A DNA stretch of 64,000 nucleotides, taken from assembly GCF_006345805.1 (NCBI RefSeq), contig NC_043004.1:44206001-44270000 (forward strand). Direction: 5' to 3'. The notes beneath the pieces are model-generated. The model was given only the letters and a program-made list of their open reading frames with translations. It was not told where the DNA came from and ran no database searches. The position numbers and the translations under genes were made by a program. The stretch comes from Octopus sinensis. Its lineage: Eukaryota. Of the stretch, positions 29,838 to 43,210 are shown one piece after another; the first letter of the stretch is position 1, and each line of letters opens with the position of its first letter.

Positions 29838-30244
29838 GGATCTTCTCGGTTTGAACGGCAGTTTTTTCTAGCGGTGTCATATTAAATTGTCACCCATAGT
29901 TATGACCCTAGTTTCGATCTATTGCATTTCAATCTCTTTTAGGGTTAGGGGTGGTGGGAAGAGTATCTTTTTTTTCTTCACAAATGTAAATAAACCCAAT
30001 CTGTTTCTTAAACGAGGGACATATTCATACGGCACAGAATGTTTTTTACCTCAATTGATGTCATTGATTGGTTGAAATTGCAGAAATTGAAGAAAAAAAA
30101 TATATCTTACAAACTATAGAATTTTCTTAATAAAGCCAAGAGAAAAAGATGTTTTATAAACACATTCTACCAGTATACGAAGTTTAAAATTTTTTAGTTA
30201 CCTAGAAATTATGTTAAAAACTGCCGTTCAAACCGAAAAGATCC
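29838..30244. mobile_element. MITE family M copy 4
   Basis: TIRs; TSD attatttc/attatatc (7/8). Confidence 0.9.
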
Positions 30245-31516
30245 ATTATATCTTTTACGCACAACACATTAGATTTTGGAAGAAAAAGTCCTAACGTCGT
30301 CCTACAACAAGTAAACTTATACGCAATGCACCCTCCTAAGTATCCCAGCTGTCCTTGATAAGATATATCTGTATCTGTACTAAACTAAGCTTTATGTCTA
30401 TTTCCTCTATTCATATGTTCATGTCTTTAGGGATAGTTCCTTACGCACCTATAACTACAGGAATACGTTTTACGCGCACTTTCGATAAACACTGGACCAC
30501 AATGGCTAGGTCCTAGTACTTTGCAATTTTCTCTATAAGACTGATACTGTCTTTCTCATTTAAGGGACTGTAAAGTCAACTACATGGCACTTACTATTCT
30601 CTTCCTATACTACTATATCAGGCTTTCTATCTTCAGTTACTCAGTCAGCATGGATGTTACAATCCCACATGTTATATTTCTTACTGTCTCGCATTTAACT
30701 AGAGTCTTTACTTTCTACATACTTCTCAGTGGATTATTCTCTCTAGGTTGTCATGTCTATTCTTTCTATGCCAGCATACTACATTCATTAACTATATGAG
30801 TAACATTTTCTTCCTTTGAGTGATACAAACTATTTTTAGAATCTACCTTATATTTGTCTGTCTTGAATTTTATCTGGTTAATCCTCAATGCCTGATCTTG
30901 TGCTGCTTCTGACATGTCTCACTATTCCTAATTTCTGCAACTATCTTTGGAAATCTACCATGCAAAACATTCTCCTGCCAGTCAAGTAATTCTAAGTTCT
31001 GGTTTTTAATTATACATCGTTTTTCGGTTTCTCCTACCGTTACAACAGCAATTAATTTCGTATGCTTATTTTTATTGTTTGTTCAATATGAGAATCAGCA
31101 GAGCAACAACTTACATACCCTGCAGTTATTACCTTGTGATTTCGAGTCCAACCAGGGTCAACTTTGCTATTCAACAAAACGCGTTCAATAAAATATGGCA
31201 CAAGTTACGTATTGGTGCGGGCAGCATCTATTATTTCCCTTCGCTTGAACTATCTGGCCTTGATCCCGCATCAGAAACAAGAACAACTTCTACTATTGTG
31301 ATCTCAAGAGACATTCTGGGCCGTGCCGAATCTTATGGAGAGCTGAGTAATATTTCCTAGAAAGAAAAGATTTAGATGAGGTACAATACTTCTAATTGAA
31401 GATTTTTTAATGTTTCAGGTAGAATATTAGCAGAGCATCGTTCTATCTGGGTTCCGATTTTAGAACACTGCGCAAAAACACGTTCTATTGTATTTAAATA
31501 TTCTGTTAAACATTTA

Positions 31517-32033
31517 CCTTAAATCCTCGAGTATAGTCCGCCCTTGAGTATAATACGCAGAGGATTTTTAGGGGCTGTACTTCTGAAAAATATAAATCTT
31601 GTGTATAATACGCACCCTTTCTCTAATTTGAGTAAAGGAGATCTATATAATGTCCTTGGTTTTTAAAAAATTATACGGTAACGTCCTTTATTATTATTGT
31701 ATATATAACATAATGCAAACATGTAGCTTTTTTGTGCATTTTATTTGCAGAAAATAAAGAAATAACAGTAATAACGTTTAATAAATGTTGCTTACTGCAA
31801 GCTATGAATGATTCTTTTATGACTTCATTGCTTTCAGGCTTAGCTTAAGACGGGTGGAAAGACGCCTGACGTCACAAAATGCGTCTGAATAAACATTGCC
31901 CGACGATAAATAGAGACTCGGACATTTCTTCGAAAATATTTTTCATTTTTTTAAGCTCGTATATAGTACGCATTAAGGATTTTGACTTTTAAATTTTGGG
32001 AAAAAAATGCGGATTATACTCGAGGATTTACTG
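31517..32033. mobile_element. Tc1/mariner-superfamily (Tc2/pogo-like) MITE
   Basis: TIRs CCTTAAATCCTCGAGTATAGTCCGC / GCGGATTATACTCGAGGATTTACTG flanked by TA on both sides. Subterminal GTATAATACGCA motifs are repeated. Confidence 0.8.
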
Positions 32034-32890
32034 TATCTATTGGTTTCGTGCGACAAAACATGGAGAAAACGTGGCTAACGCGTTGTTCAGTGAAATGGGG
32101 TTCATATGTAGAGAAGTTTAAGAGACAGTTGTAGAAGAATTATAAAATAAGAAATGAAAAAAGTGCCGCAAGAAAATCTCCAAAATTTACAATGTATTAG
32201 TCAGTGCATAAGTGTTACACACACACCAAAAAAAAACATAAATGTACAGATGCCACGCGCACGCGTATAAACACACACACGCAAGCATACACATACATAA
32301 AATATATATGTGTGTGTGTTTTTGTTTTTGTGTATCTTTTTTCGTGTGTGTAGATATACATATATATATTTACAAATGTATATAAACACATATACATACA
32401 TATATATATGTATATATAATGACATGTGTATATATACATATATACATATATTTACATAAGTATACACACACATCTGGATGACTGTACAATGTGTGTACGT
32501 TGTGTCCATTCGCATGTGTGTGTGTGTGTAAGTGTGCATGTATGTTTGATGTCAGAATGACATATAGGTATTCGAGAAAACCTCCTTCAACGAGACGTAT
32601 ATGTCAAATGTAATACGACACTTTTTCCACCCTCTCTTCTTTTCCATTACACACACTTGACGCTGTCAGCCCCCGACATACAATGTTTATATGTATTTTG
32701 TTTTCTACAGAACATTTTTCCTTGTAGCTTTTATTTTGTTTTTAATTTATAGGTTAAGTGATTATTTTCTCCTTGTAATGTTCTTGCTCCCTCTCAAGCT
32801 CATACACAAATACACCGAGTTTTAAAGTAAAAATGCTGCACGGTTAAATAGGTTTGGAAACTAATATTTTTGCATTTTATTATCATACGC

Positions 32891-33294
32891 GGATCTTTTC
32901 GGTTTGAACGGCAGTTTTTAACATAATTTCTAGGTAAATAAAAAATTGTAAACTTCGTATACTGGTAGAATGTGTTTATAAAACATCTTTTTCTCTTTGC
33001 TTTATTGAGAAAATTCTATAGTTTATAAGATATTTGCTGTTTTTTTCTTCAATTTCTGCAATTTCAACCAATCAGTGACGTCTATTGAGCCAAAAAGCAT
33101 TTTGTGCCGTATGATTATGTCCCTCGTTTAAGAAACAGTTTGGGTTTACATTTGTGAAGAAAAATGATACCCTCCCCCACCCCTAACCCTAAAAGAGATT
33201 GAAATGCAATAGATCGATTCCAGGGTCATAATTATGGGTGACAATTTCATATGACACCGCTAGAAAAAAACTGCCGTTCAAACCGAAAAGATCC
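32891..33294. mobile_element. MITE family M copy 5
   Basis: Perfect TIRs and perfect 8-bp TSD tcatacgc (32883-32890 / 33295-33302). Confidence 0.95.
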
Positions 33295-33399
33295 TCATAC
33301 GCTTCATATATTGATGGATGTTCATTTTCTAATATTCATGCATCAATATACTTATACTCAATATTACTACAATTTTTGGAATTGTAGTGAGATGGCAAA

Positions 33400-34100
33400 A
33401 TTGTTAGCACGCGTAGAGATGGCAGCATTGTTAGCACGTTGTGTAAGATGCTTAGCTGCATTTCGTCCGTCTCTACTTTCTGTAGACCTTTCTAAGTCGA
33501 TCGCATAAATACCAGTTGAGCACTGGAGTAGATGTAATTGATTTACTCCGCCCTGGAATTGGTGGATGTGTTTCAAAATTTGAAAACAATATTATTATTA
33601 TTCCTAAGGCAAGGAGCTGACAGAATCGTTAGCACGCCGGACAAAATGCTTAGCGGCATTCCGTCCGTCCTTACGTTTTAAGTTCAAATTCCGTCCAGGT
33701 CGGATTTGCCTTTCATTATTTCATTATTTCAATTAAATACTGAGGTCGATATTGCTGTTTTTAAAAGGCATAATAGCATGATACTTTGTATGACAACTTA
33801 AAGAACCGAAACCGACATACAAATATAACATCCCTAGCATATTTGATTATAAATAATACATGCAAATTTATCCTCGAAAAATAATATCGACTTCAAATTT
33901 TGGCACAAGACCAGCAATTCTTGGAGCTGTAGGTCACTATATTACATCGACCCCAGTTCTCGGCTGGTATTTATTTAATCGACGCCGAATTATTAAACTG
34001 CAAAATCGGCCTCGGTGGAATTTGATCTCAGAATTAAAGACGGACGGAATGCATTGGACATTTTACTCGGCACACTAACGATTTGGTTAGTTCACCACCT
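33400..34100. mobile_element. Three diverged SINE family C copies (33420-33560 +, 33606-33750 +, 33900-34100 -)
   Basis: Recognisable GTTAGCACG..AAATGCTTAGC heads and TACCAG...GGGGTCGATGTAAT motifs. Confidence 0.6.
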
Positions 34101-35679
34101 TATCACGCCCACATATTAATCAGGAAAATATAAACATTTTTTTTTTTTATTTCAGAAAACTAAATTTTCTGTGGAAACACTTCAACAGCGAAAGATTTTA
34201 CCGAAGACGAGAACACCACAGTTACCAATATAGACAATGGGGTTCGTTAATTCAGAGCATAATTCATCCAGTGACATAGGTGCCTCTGAATGAATATTAT
34301 GCCACAAGGAGCTCTCTAAAACACGATACACAATTACATAACAAGAAGAGTATATTTCAGTTGGAAAAAAGACAGGGACACGCGGGATGTAACTTCAGTA
34401 CAAAGGAATTAAAATATGAAAATAATTCAGATTGAAGTTCATAAAACAACTGAAATCTAGCATCATTGGAAACCAGTATAACCAGCATCAGTTGCTCTCA
34501 GTGAGACCATACCTCACTACACGCCGATGAAACATATTACGTGACAATAAATCGTTTTCAAAAATAATCTACATCATTAACGCAACGAAATTTTGAACAG
34601 CCTTGTATAAACTCTGATTTATATTCAAAATCTGGTTTATATTCAAAGACATTCCAGCCCTGACCACCTCATTTCAGTTTAGTGTATCCAAGAATACGTT
34701 ATACATTATATTCTTCTTTATAAACATGGTTGCTTTTTCTCAAAGAAACACAATTTACATAGAGGATATCTCACCGAGCCCTTGCATGAACATAGATAAC
34801 AATGGTACGTAGAAGAAAATATTTATGTTAGCAACGCCGAGAACATCCGATATCGTCTACTCCCTGATATCAACTATTACCCCACCACCACTTCCTCTCT
34901 TCTTGGCATTAATGTTTATTACCGGCTATTATTTTGTAAAGTATCATTTCTGTAGAGTATTTGTGATGTTATGAGTTATGTATCAGTTACGATCTGTACA
35001 TTACAATGTAACCATATCTTATATCTGGCGCTGCTATTTGTTAACGATAACAATGATAAATTTACTGTATAAATGAGTCTTTTGAAATGTTTTGATTGTC
35101 AAGATTTGCATTTCTCATTTATATTCACCTACATTTGACTTACACTTATACATTCATCAGCCGAACATAGAGTTCTCAAGTTCCGCTTTTGACTCTCCTC
35201 TATGAAATTCCGAATTATTTATTTCCCTTCAAAATATACTTCATTTCGCTGCCAATATCTCGTAATTTTCCAATCCGAATGACATGTTAATGTCTCTTCT
35301 TAAATGTTTAACGATGCTAATGATAGTTAACCATTCTAAGGATAATCATAAATTGAAGGAAATTTGCAGCACATCACTTTAGTTCATCAACGAATTTGAG
35401 ATTGTTGATGAGCTTCGTCCTACTTCTCTAAATTACCTTTATTATTAGCGAACTCAAATGCAACATACAAGACAGTGTTAACCTATTAATTTGGATTATC
35501 ATTTTAGATATCCCCGTGAGATTTAAACTTATATACGGCATACCTAAAGATTGTGTGTATTGCCTTACACAATTTCTTTTCATTTTAAAGAAATGCATCA
35601 TATTAGAAACAAACCTGTGTACTCTATGTTTTTGGTAAACCAGCCACGAGAGACTTTTTAGTCAAGTAGTCTGCAAGTT

Positions 35680-38290
35680 GTCAAACATTCTGGCATACCT
35701 ACCGAATCTGAATCTTCGCAGAAATTTTGCATGGCTTTTCGTCGTCGCGGATCTACCATATCCCAGACAAGGCGCTGTTTCCTTGCACCACTTTAATCTT
35801 TTGGTGGATATGCGTGCAGGTCAATTGTTAGACAAAACTACGGACCTTTCAATTCCTGGGTGTCGATCATTAACCCACTTGATTTGTCCAGTTTTTTTAT
35901 TGCGACTTTGAACGACCCACATGAGTCACACATACATTCCTTTCCGGAGTTAACCAATTTAAACTTTGAAGCGAGTGCTCCCACGCACCCTGCCAAATAT
36001 TTCATCGAGACTAAGGGCGCTCCTATTTTTGTTCGTCCCCGTCGGCTCTCTTCCGAAATAATGTAAACGGCAAAAACTACGGCATAAGCTGTAGTAAGGA
36101 ATTATAATACTTTCTACCAGCCCGTGGGTTAGTCCCTAATATTTGATCCCAAAACACTCCGGTGGCTGGTATCCTACTGGAGATTTCCGAACATTAAATT
36201 CCATTACTGCTCCGAATCGATATCTCATTTTGCACATACTAGATTTCGCTTCTTCGCTCCACGTACACTGTTCTCAAAATTGGACCTGGTGAAAGCTTAC
36301 CACTAAATTTCAGTACACTCAGAGGATATATCGAGGACTGCTGCTACCACGCCTTTTCGAGTGGATTATGAAATGCAGCTAGCACAAAATGCAACTACCA
36401 AATGTAGCTAGCGTTTTATGGATGAGGTCGTCCGTGATTTAGACTTCGTATATGTTTATATCGACGACCTCCTTGTCGCGAGTTCTTCCACGGAGGAACA
36501 TGTAGCTGACCTGCTTCAGCTCTTCGAACGTTTTAAAAAATGCCAAGTTCGCATCAACCCTGCGAAGTGTGCTTTTGGTGCTTCCTCGTCTTTTTGGGCC
36601 ACGTCATCAATGCTGACGACATATCGCCACTTCCAGAGAAAATTAAAGCTCTTCAAGATATTCCTCCACCTACTCCTTTGTAACAGCTTAGACAGTTCCT
36701 AAATCTTCTGAACTATTATCTGCGTTTTATCTCACAATGTGCAGACTTCATATTCGCCCCGTCTGATCTTCTTCAAAACAGAAAAACGAAGGATGAAGCT
36801 ATTTTTCCCGACTCGGCTCAGCTAGTGACATTTAACAATGTTAAACAATTGTTGGCTAACGCTTCTTTACCTACCTTCTTTGTGCCTGATGTCCAGCTTT
36901 CGTTGGTCGTTGACGTATGGAAAACACCGGTCGGCACAGTTTTGAAACAGCAGCATCATCAGCAAGTGTAACTTGTTGATTGCTTTATGCAGTGACGATG
37001 CGGATATTTTCGGTTTGACCGGCAGTTTTTAACATATATTTCTAGGTAACTAAAAAATTTTAAACTTCGTATACTGGTAGAATGTGTTTATAAAATATCT
37101 TTTTCTCTTGGCTTCATTGAGAAAATTCTATAGTTTGTATGATATTTGTTGTTGTGTTTTTCTTCAATTTCTGCAATTTCAACCAATCACTGACGTCCAT
37201 TGAGGTAAACAACATTCTGTGCTGTATGAATATGTCCCTCGTTTAAGAAACAGATTGGGTTTATTTACATTTGTGAAGAAAAAAAGATACCCTTCCCCCA
37301 ACCCCTAACCATAACCCTAACCCTAACCCTAACTAATCCTAAACATAAAAGAGATTAAAATGCAATAGATCAATACTAGGGTCATAATTATGGGTGACAA
37401 TTTCATATAACACCGCTAGGAAAAACTGCCGTTCAAACCGAAAACATCCCCGGAAACTAAAACCTAACTCATATCTCTGTGGAAATTGTAGCGCGATCCC
37501 TGGTAGCAGGTTGGACATCGTGCTACGGTATTCCTGCTATCATCACAACAGATCGTGGTCGGCAAGTTGAGTCATAGCTATTCACTGAGCTGTCAAATAT
37601 TATCGCCACTAAGCGCATAATACCACAAGTTATCATCCAGCTTCTAATGGCATGACGCAACGATCCCATCGACAATTAAAGGCCGCGCTGCACGCCTATC
37701 CTGACTCAGGCCGTTGGAGTAAATAACTCCCTATTGTTCTTCTGGGCTGCCATTCAGCAGTCAAGGAGGGCTTGTGATACACCTCGGCGGAGATTTTTTA
37801 CGACGCACCGTTTTCTTGTTCCAGATGACCTAGAAACTGAAGAACGAACTTTGTATATGAATGACATGCCTCCTGTGAACCTCGGGGTCAAATCAACAAA
37901 TCATTTGTTCCAAAGGACATCCCGTCCTAGACACACGCTTTCCCGAGGAAAGATTCTGCGAAATCTCCTCTCACGCAATCATATGCAATATATTGCCGTG
38001 TCCTTTACAAAACGGACAAGATTTTACCATTGATATTAATGGTGGACGAGAGTTTGTCTCGGTGGAAAGACTGAAACGGGCCTTTACAGAGGCTCTAATA
38101 CTAGAGCCATATTCGCCCCCATCCAACACTGCATCATCTAATTGTCGGTGGTATCGTTCTGCCATACCATTGGAAGCTGGATGATAACTTGTGCAAGTAC
38201 CACAACGCCAATCGCACTCACCTCTGTCCACGTCAGCACGCGTTACAATGACACGTAGTGGTCATCACGTTCATTGGCCCCAAAAGCTGT
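35680..38290 (+). mobile_element. Ty3/Gypsy LTR retrotransposon pol relic (protease end, RT, start of RNase H, integrase), with many stops and frameshifts
   Basis: Protease-like LNLRRNFAWLFVVADLP..HHFNLLVDM; RT SPW.SP, GDFR.LN, DLVKAYH, YIDD (36457-36468), INPAKC; integrase GIPAIITTDRGRQ, TSYHPASNGM..R.HRQLKAAL; C-terminal FTIDINGGREFVSVERLK; end motif TRSGHHVHWP. No LTRs recognised. Confidence 0.9.
37002..37449. mobile_element. MITE family M copy 6, inside the Gypsy relic
   Basis: TIRs and long CCCTAA tract. Flanks gacgatgc/ccggaaac do not match. Confidence 0.9.
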
Positions 38291-39221
38291 CCAAAATTGT
38301 ATATTTATAAACTGGGTTGTGCAACCCCAATTTGGTGCTTTTTTCACTTTTGCTTTTTGCGTTTTTGCTTTGCATTTTCCCTTCTTTCTTTGTACAATAT
38401 GTTGTTCAAAAATTGTGTATGTTATTTTCTCTCGATTTTGCTTGGCGTGTTGCATTGCCTATCGGCTGCATCGTATTTCAGTCTGCGGAAGACTAATATA
38501 GCAAGTACAAGCCAGCAGATGGTTATGTCTTTTGACAGAGATAATTAAGTTGGCTCTTCTTGTCTGCCAGTGGGCGCTAACGTGTGACAACAATTTCATC
38601 AGCCAAACAGCCAGTCTGCAGAATCGAGGGAACGACCGTCAGCAAACAGATCTCCGTAAATGTTAGCGAACAGAGCTGCCTGTTCATTTTCGTTTTATCC
38701 GTAGCACTCTAAACTTCTAATCTACTCATACAACTGAGAGTTTTTATGGCTTCACTCTGACTCAAACATATATGGGTTCACTTTGTTCAGCACTCACACA
38801 TTTGTCAACACTCACAAATAAATAAATTATGCTTTAAAAAAGCAAAACAGAAATTCTGACATTTATTTCTACACGTACTAATTTCAACGCTATAGGGTTT
38901 TGCTCAGGAACACAACACAGAGCCCGGTTCAGAAATCGAACTTACTACTGCATGATTGTGAAACCGGAGCTCTAACCGCTAACCCATGCGCCTTACACAG
39001 TATAAGAAATGCGTATTCGGATAAGATATACTTTTTAGAAATATCAAACAGTTCATTATAGATGAAATGTTATTGAAAATATTTACATAAGTCCACACAA
39101 GCATTTCCTTCTCATTTATCATCTGATGTCTTGTTTCTGGATGTATCCCAAAAACCAGTTTGGATTCGAGTCCAGAAAGTTTATTCCTCTACTATAATCA
39201 CTAACGACTGTTTCTCCTATT

Positions 39222-39653
39222 GGATCTTTTCGGTTTCAACGGCAGTTATTCTAGCGGTGTCATATGAAATTGTGACCCATAATTATGACCCTAGAATACG
39301 ATCTATTTCATTTCAATCTGTTTTAGGTTTAGGGTTAGTTAGGGTATACGGTTAGGAGTGGGGGAAGGGTATATTTTTTCCTTCACAAATGTAAATAAAC
39401 CCAATCTGTTTCTTAAGCGAGGGACATATTCATACGGCACATAATGTTGTTTACCTCAATGGACGTCAGTGATTGGTTGAAATTGCAGACATTGAAGAAA
39501 AAATAAATAAATATCTTACAAACTATAGAATTTTCTCAATAAATCCAAGGGAAAAAGATGTTTTATAAACACATACTACCAGTATACGTAGTTTAAAATT
39601 GTTTAGTTACCTAGAAATTATGTTAAAAACTGCCGTTCAAACCGAAAAGATCC
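39222..39653. mobile_element. MITE family M copy 7
   Basis: TIRs and body. No matching TSD. Confidence 0.9.
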
Positions 39654-40233
39654 AACCATGGTCTCATCTATAATTAGAAAGACTTGTTATAACATTAATA
39701 ACAATATATCCGAGGGGGGCGGGGGATGGCATTTTATGTTTTTTTTTTCCAAATAGCGAATTGTATTAATGAATCCTAACTGAAGCAATAATTAGCTACA
39801 TAAATAAACACGGTTTGCAGAGCTAAGCAAAACTGCCGTTCAGTCTAAAGATTGCATTACCTGAAAATTGTTTCGCTAAACGTGACATATGATCACATTA
39901 GTATCAGGTGAGCGACGTGCTGAGAAAAGCATTATTTTATTGTTTCTATGGGTAATTAATGTGTTATTTATTACTTGGAATATTAAGTTACTCGGCTGTT
40001 TAAAATTTATTTTTCGTATTTAACGATGCAATGCATCTCACATACAGGTAAGTAACGGATGGATATACATAAGTGTGAGTACCTTTCTGAATACATCATT
40101 CTTTCTGAAATTTATGTATCATCAGCTGAAGGCGAATTTTTAGATATGCTATAATGCACTCATTAAGCTATTAATGAAATTAATTGTTTAAACATATGCT
40201 TATATATATATATATATATGTGTGTGTATGTGT

Positions 40234-40465
40234 GGAGGCGCGTGGTTCAGTGGTTAGGGTGTCAGCATTATGATCGTAAGAGTGTGGTTTCGATTTCTGA
40301 TTTGGGCGACGCGTTGTGTTCTTGAGCAAAATACTTCATTTCACGTTGCTCTAGTTCACTCAGCGGGCAAAGATGGGTAACGCTGCGATGGACTGGCGTC
40401 CCGTCCAGCTGGTGAACACATACGCCTTTGAAACCTGGAAACCGGTCCGATGAGCTTGGCTAAGC
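40234..40465 (+). mobile_element. tRNA-derived SINE (family B-like head, different 3' half)
   Basis: GGAGGCGCGTGGTTCAGTGGTTAG head and TTCTTGAGCAAAATACTT, then CTGCGATGGACTGGCGTCCCGTCCAG, which resembles the V-SINE domain (tentative). Confidence 0.7.
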
Positions 40466-40780
40466 ATTTATTGTATATATATATATATATATTGATAGAA
40501 ATGGTAAGACAAGAAAAGAATGAAGGAGACCTCGATATTATGTAAATAGAGGAATTTACCTGTAAATATAATATGTGACAATTATTCGGTAGCCATGATA
40601 AGCTCCGTATATAGACGTATGCGCGTATATAGACGTGTGTGCATGCATACGAGTATGTGCGTATATAAACGTGTTTTACTCTTATTGCTTACTTTTTATA
40701 CTTCTTTACATATTTTTCTGTATGTTGCCTTTAGCCCTGTTTTTTCTTGTGCATGTGCGTATATAGACGTGTGCATGAAT

Positions 40781-41030
40781 CACCTACAGAGGATAGGTGA
40801 TGCCCTAAAGGATTACGAAGCGGTGGTAAGAGCAAAAGTTAACCAAGGTAAGTCGATCGGCTTGCAGCTCGTCACCTGGAGAGGCAAGTAGATGCTGTTC
40901 AAACAGCGATGTCAGACAATGGACACACGGACCGGTGAAAATGCTAGGAGTTTGGTTCGGTCCAGATCTCCAGATAGAGAAGAACTAGAGTGAGGTTGCG
41001 AGCAGGTTAGCTCTCTTAACAATTGAACAG
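40781..41030 (+). mobile_element. Tx1/L1-clade LINE reverse transcriptase fragment
   Basis: IGDALKDYEAVVRAKVNQGKSIGLQLVTWRGK, then (frameshift) GPVKMLGVWFGPDLQIEKN*SEV. Matches the YE..SGAK.N..KS and VK.LGVWF motifs of this clade. Confidence 0.7.
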
Positions 41031-41672
41031 CTGTGAGATGAAATCCAGAGACGGCTGAACCAGGTAGTCCCAATGTTTTATTTAACTGGAGGCAGCTTTC
41101 CTCAGGGTCTCCGCACAGGTACCAATGGCTTTTGTGAACAGCCTCATGCATTCCATGCACCGACAGTGTATGACTGTTTTGAACACCCAGGGAGAGCATA
41201 CACTGTGCTGAACATGTCACACGCTACAATATCGATTTTCTGGATCCTCCCACTGCCAGAACACACGAGAACAACCCTTTGACTGTGGCCAAAGTGCATC
41301 CAAGGAATTGACTTTATGAGTTTTATGAAAATTCATTTCTGCCATAATGAAATTAATACATAATTCACGGTCACATACGTCTCGAATTACTTTTGCGGCT
41401 CAGTGTATGTATGTGTGTGTCTGTGTACGTTTGGGTGTGGGTGCGGACGCGTATGTATATGTATGTGTGTATGTGTGTGTGTACATAATTATATATGTAT
41501 AAATATGCATGTGGGTATAAGGAACGGAGGATATGTTAGTACAAATGCCGTCGACATTTTGCAACTGTTCTTTGCTAACTTAAGCAATTATACAATAATG
41601 TAACACATAATTATAACCGATCATAAATAAAAACCAATGTTGATGCTCCCTTGGAGCAAGAAAGAAATAATT

Positions 41673-42087
41673 GGATCTTTTCGGTTTGAACGGCAGTTTT
41701 TAACATAATTACTAGGTAACTAAAAAACTTTAAACTTCGTATACTGGTAGAATGTGTTTATAAAATATCTTTTTCTCTTGGCTTTATTGAGAAAATTCTA
41801 TAGTTTGTATGATGTTTGTTGTTGTTTTTCTTCAATTTCTGCAATTTCAACCAATCACTGACGTCCATTGGGGTAAAAACATTCTGTGCCATATGAATAT
41901 GTCCCTCGTTTAAGAAACAGATTGGGATTATTTACATTTGTGAAGAAAAAAAGATACCCTTCACCCACCCCTTACCCTAACCCTAAAACAGATTGAAATG
42001 CAATAGATCGATACTAGGGTCATAATTATCGGTGACAATTTCATATGGCAGCGCTAGAAAAAAGTGCCGTTCAAACCGAAAGGATCC
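41673..42087. mobile_element. MITE family M copy 8
   Basis: TIRs. Only a partial flank match (ataatt on both sides). Confidence 0.9.
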
Positions 42088-42313
42088 ATAATTTGTTATT
42101 TAGCGTCATATTTGATCAGCACTTTTACATTGCCCTAAAGATATATTACGAAGTGAAACAATTATTTAGTCTAAAAAAATTTTTCATCAGTCCTATCGTC
42201 TTCACTGTGTACATTTAAATTAGAGGTTACTGAATTCAACTTAAAAGATTTTGATAAATATTTTCGTGTAAATTTCTCTATATATATATACGTATATGCA
42301 TACATACATAAAT

Positions 42314-42373
<60 letters not shown>

Positions 42374-42844
42374 CAAATATATATATACACACATATGTTA
42401 AGAGAACGGCGGGAGGGAGAGGGAGAGACATTTACTATTCACCTCCATATACATAATGGACATATTGTGGAAATAAACCAGAATTTAAATTAAATATTTA
42501 TAAATGTGAACAATAAGCTCCAGTATCGTGGAATATAAAACTGTTGAATTATTGTTTCCCGTGTACATCTGTTCGTATTTCCAAAGACTTAAATTTCAAT
42601 TATTATGTGTTGGACTGATTATACTTCATTGTATATCAGAATGTATATATATAAACGCTCCGATTTATAGAACGCGCTGCCTGAATATTTCAAATGTACA
42701 AATTTAATTGCGAAACCTTATAAGAACAGATATTTTTGTTACTTATATTGGACTTGAAACTAAGTACTAAACGTTCGAAAGTATTATTATTATTATTTAG
42801 AACGCAGAGAACTGACATACTCGTTAGTTGAATACTTAGCGATT

Positions 42845-43210
42845 TGAATGCTTAGCGGTATTTCTCCCGACTTTATGATATGAGTCCAAACCCTGCTGAG
42901 GTCACCTTTGCCTTTCATCCTCACGGGGTCGATAATTTAAGTACCAGTTACGCACTGGGGTCGATTTAATCGACTTAATCCGTCTGTCTGTCCTTGTTTG
43001 TCCCCTCTGTGTTTAGCCCCTTGTGAGTAGTAAATAAATAGGTATTTCTCCCGACTTTATGATCTGAGTTCAAACTCCGCCGAGGTCACCTTTGTCTTTC
43101 ATCCTATCGAGATCGATAAATTAATTACCAGTTGAGCAGTGGAGGCCATGTAATCGAGTAGCCCTCTCACCTCAAATTTCATGCGTTATGTCTATAGTAG
43201 AAAAGATTAC
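42845..43210 (+). mobile_element. Composite/dimeric SINE family C
   Basis: GGTATTTCTCCCGACTTTATGAT recurs at about 42857 and 43041, each time followed by the conserved C-family central domain and a different 3' tail. Confidence 0.75.

Noticed and set aside
32559-32605. GACATA/TATGTC inverted repeat around a hammerhead-like TTGAAGGAG...CTCGAAT
   Set aside because: Non-canonical core and wrong spacing to stem I.
34156-34250. Strong acceptor-like TTTTATTTCAG with a short open frame (similar case at 43308)
   Set aside because: No good donor and no recognisable peptide. Poly-T plus CAG is common in AT-rich DNA.
37300-37345. (CCCTAA)n as an interstitial telomere or fusion site
   Set aside because: The tract is an internal part of the MITE at the same position in all copies.
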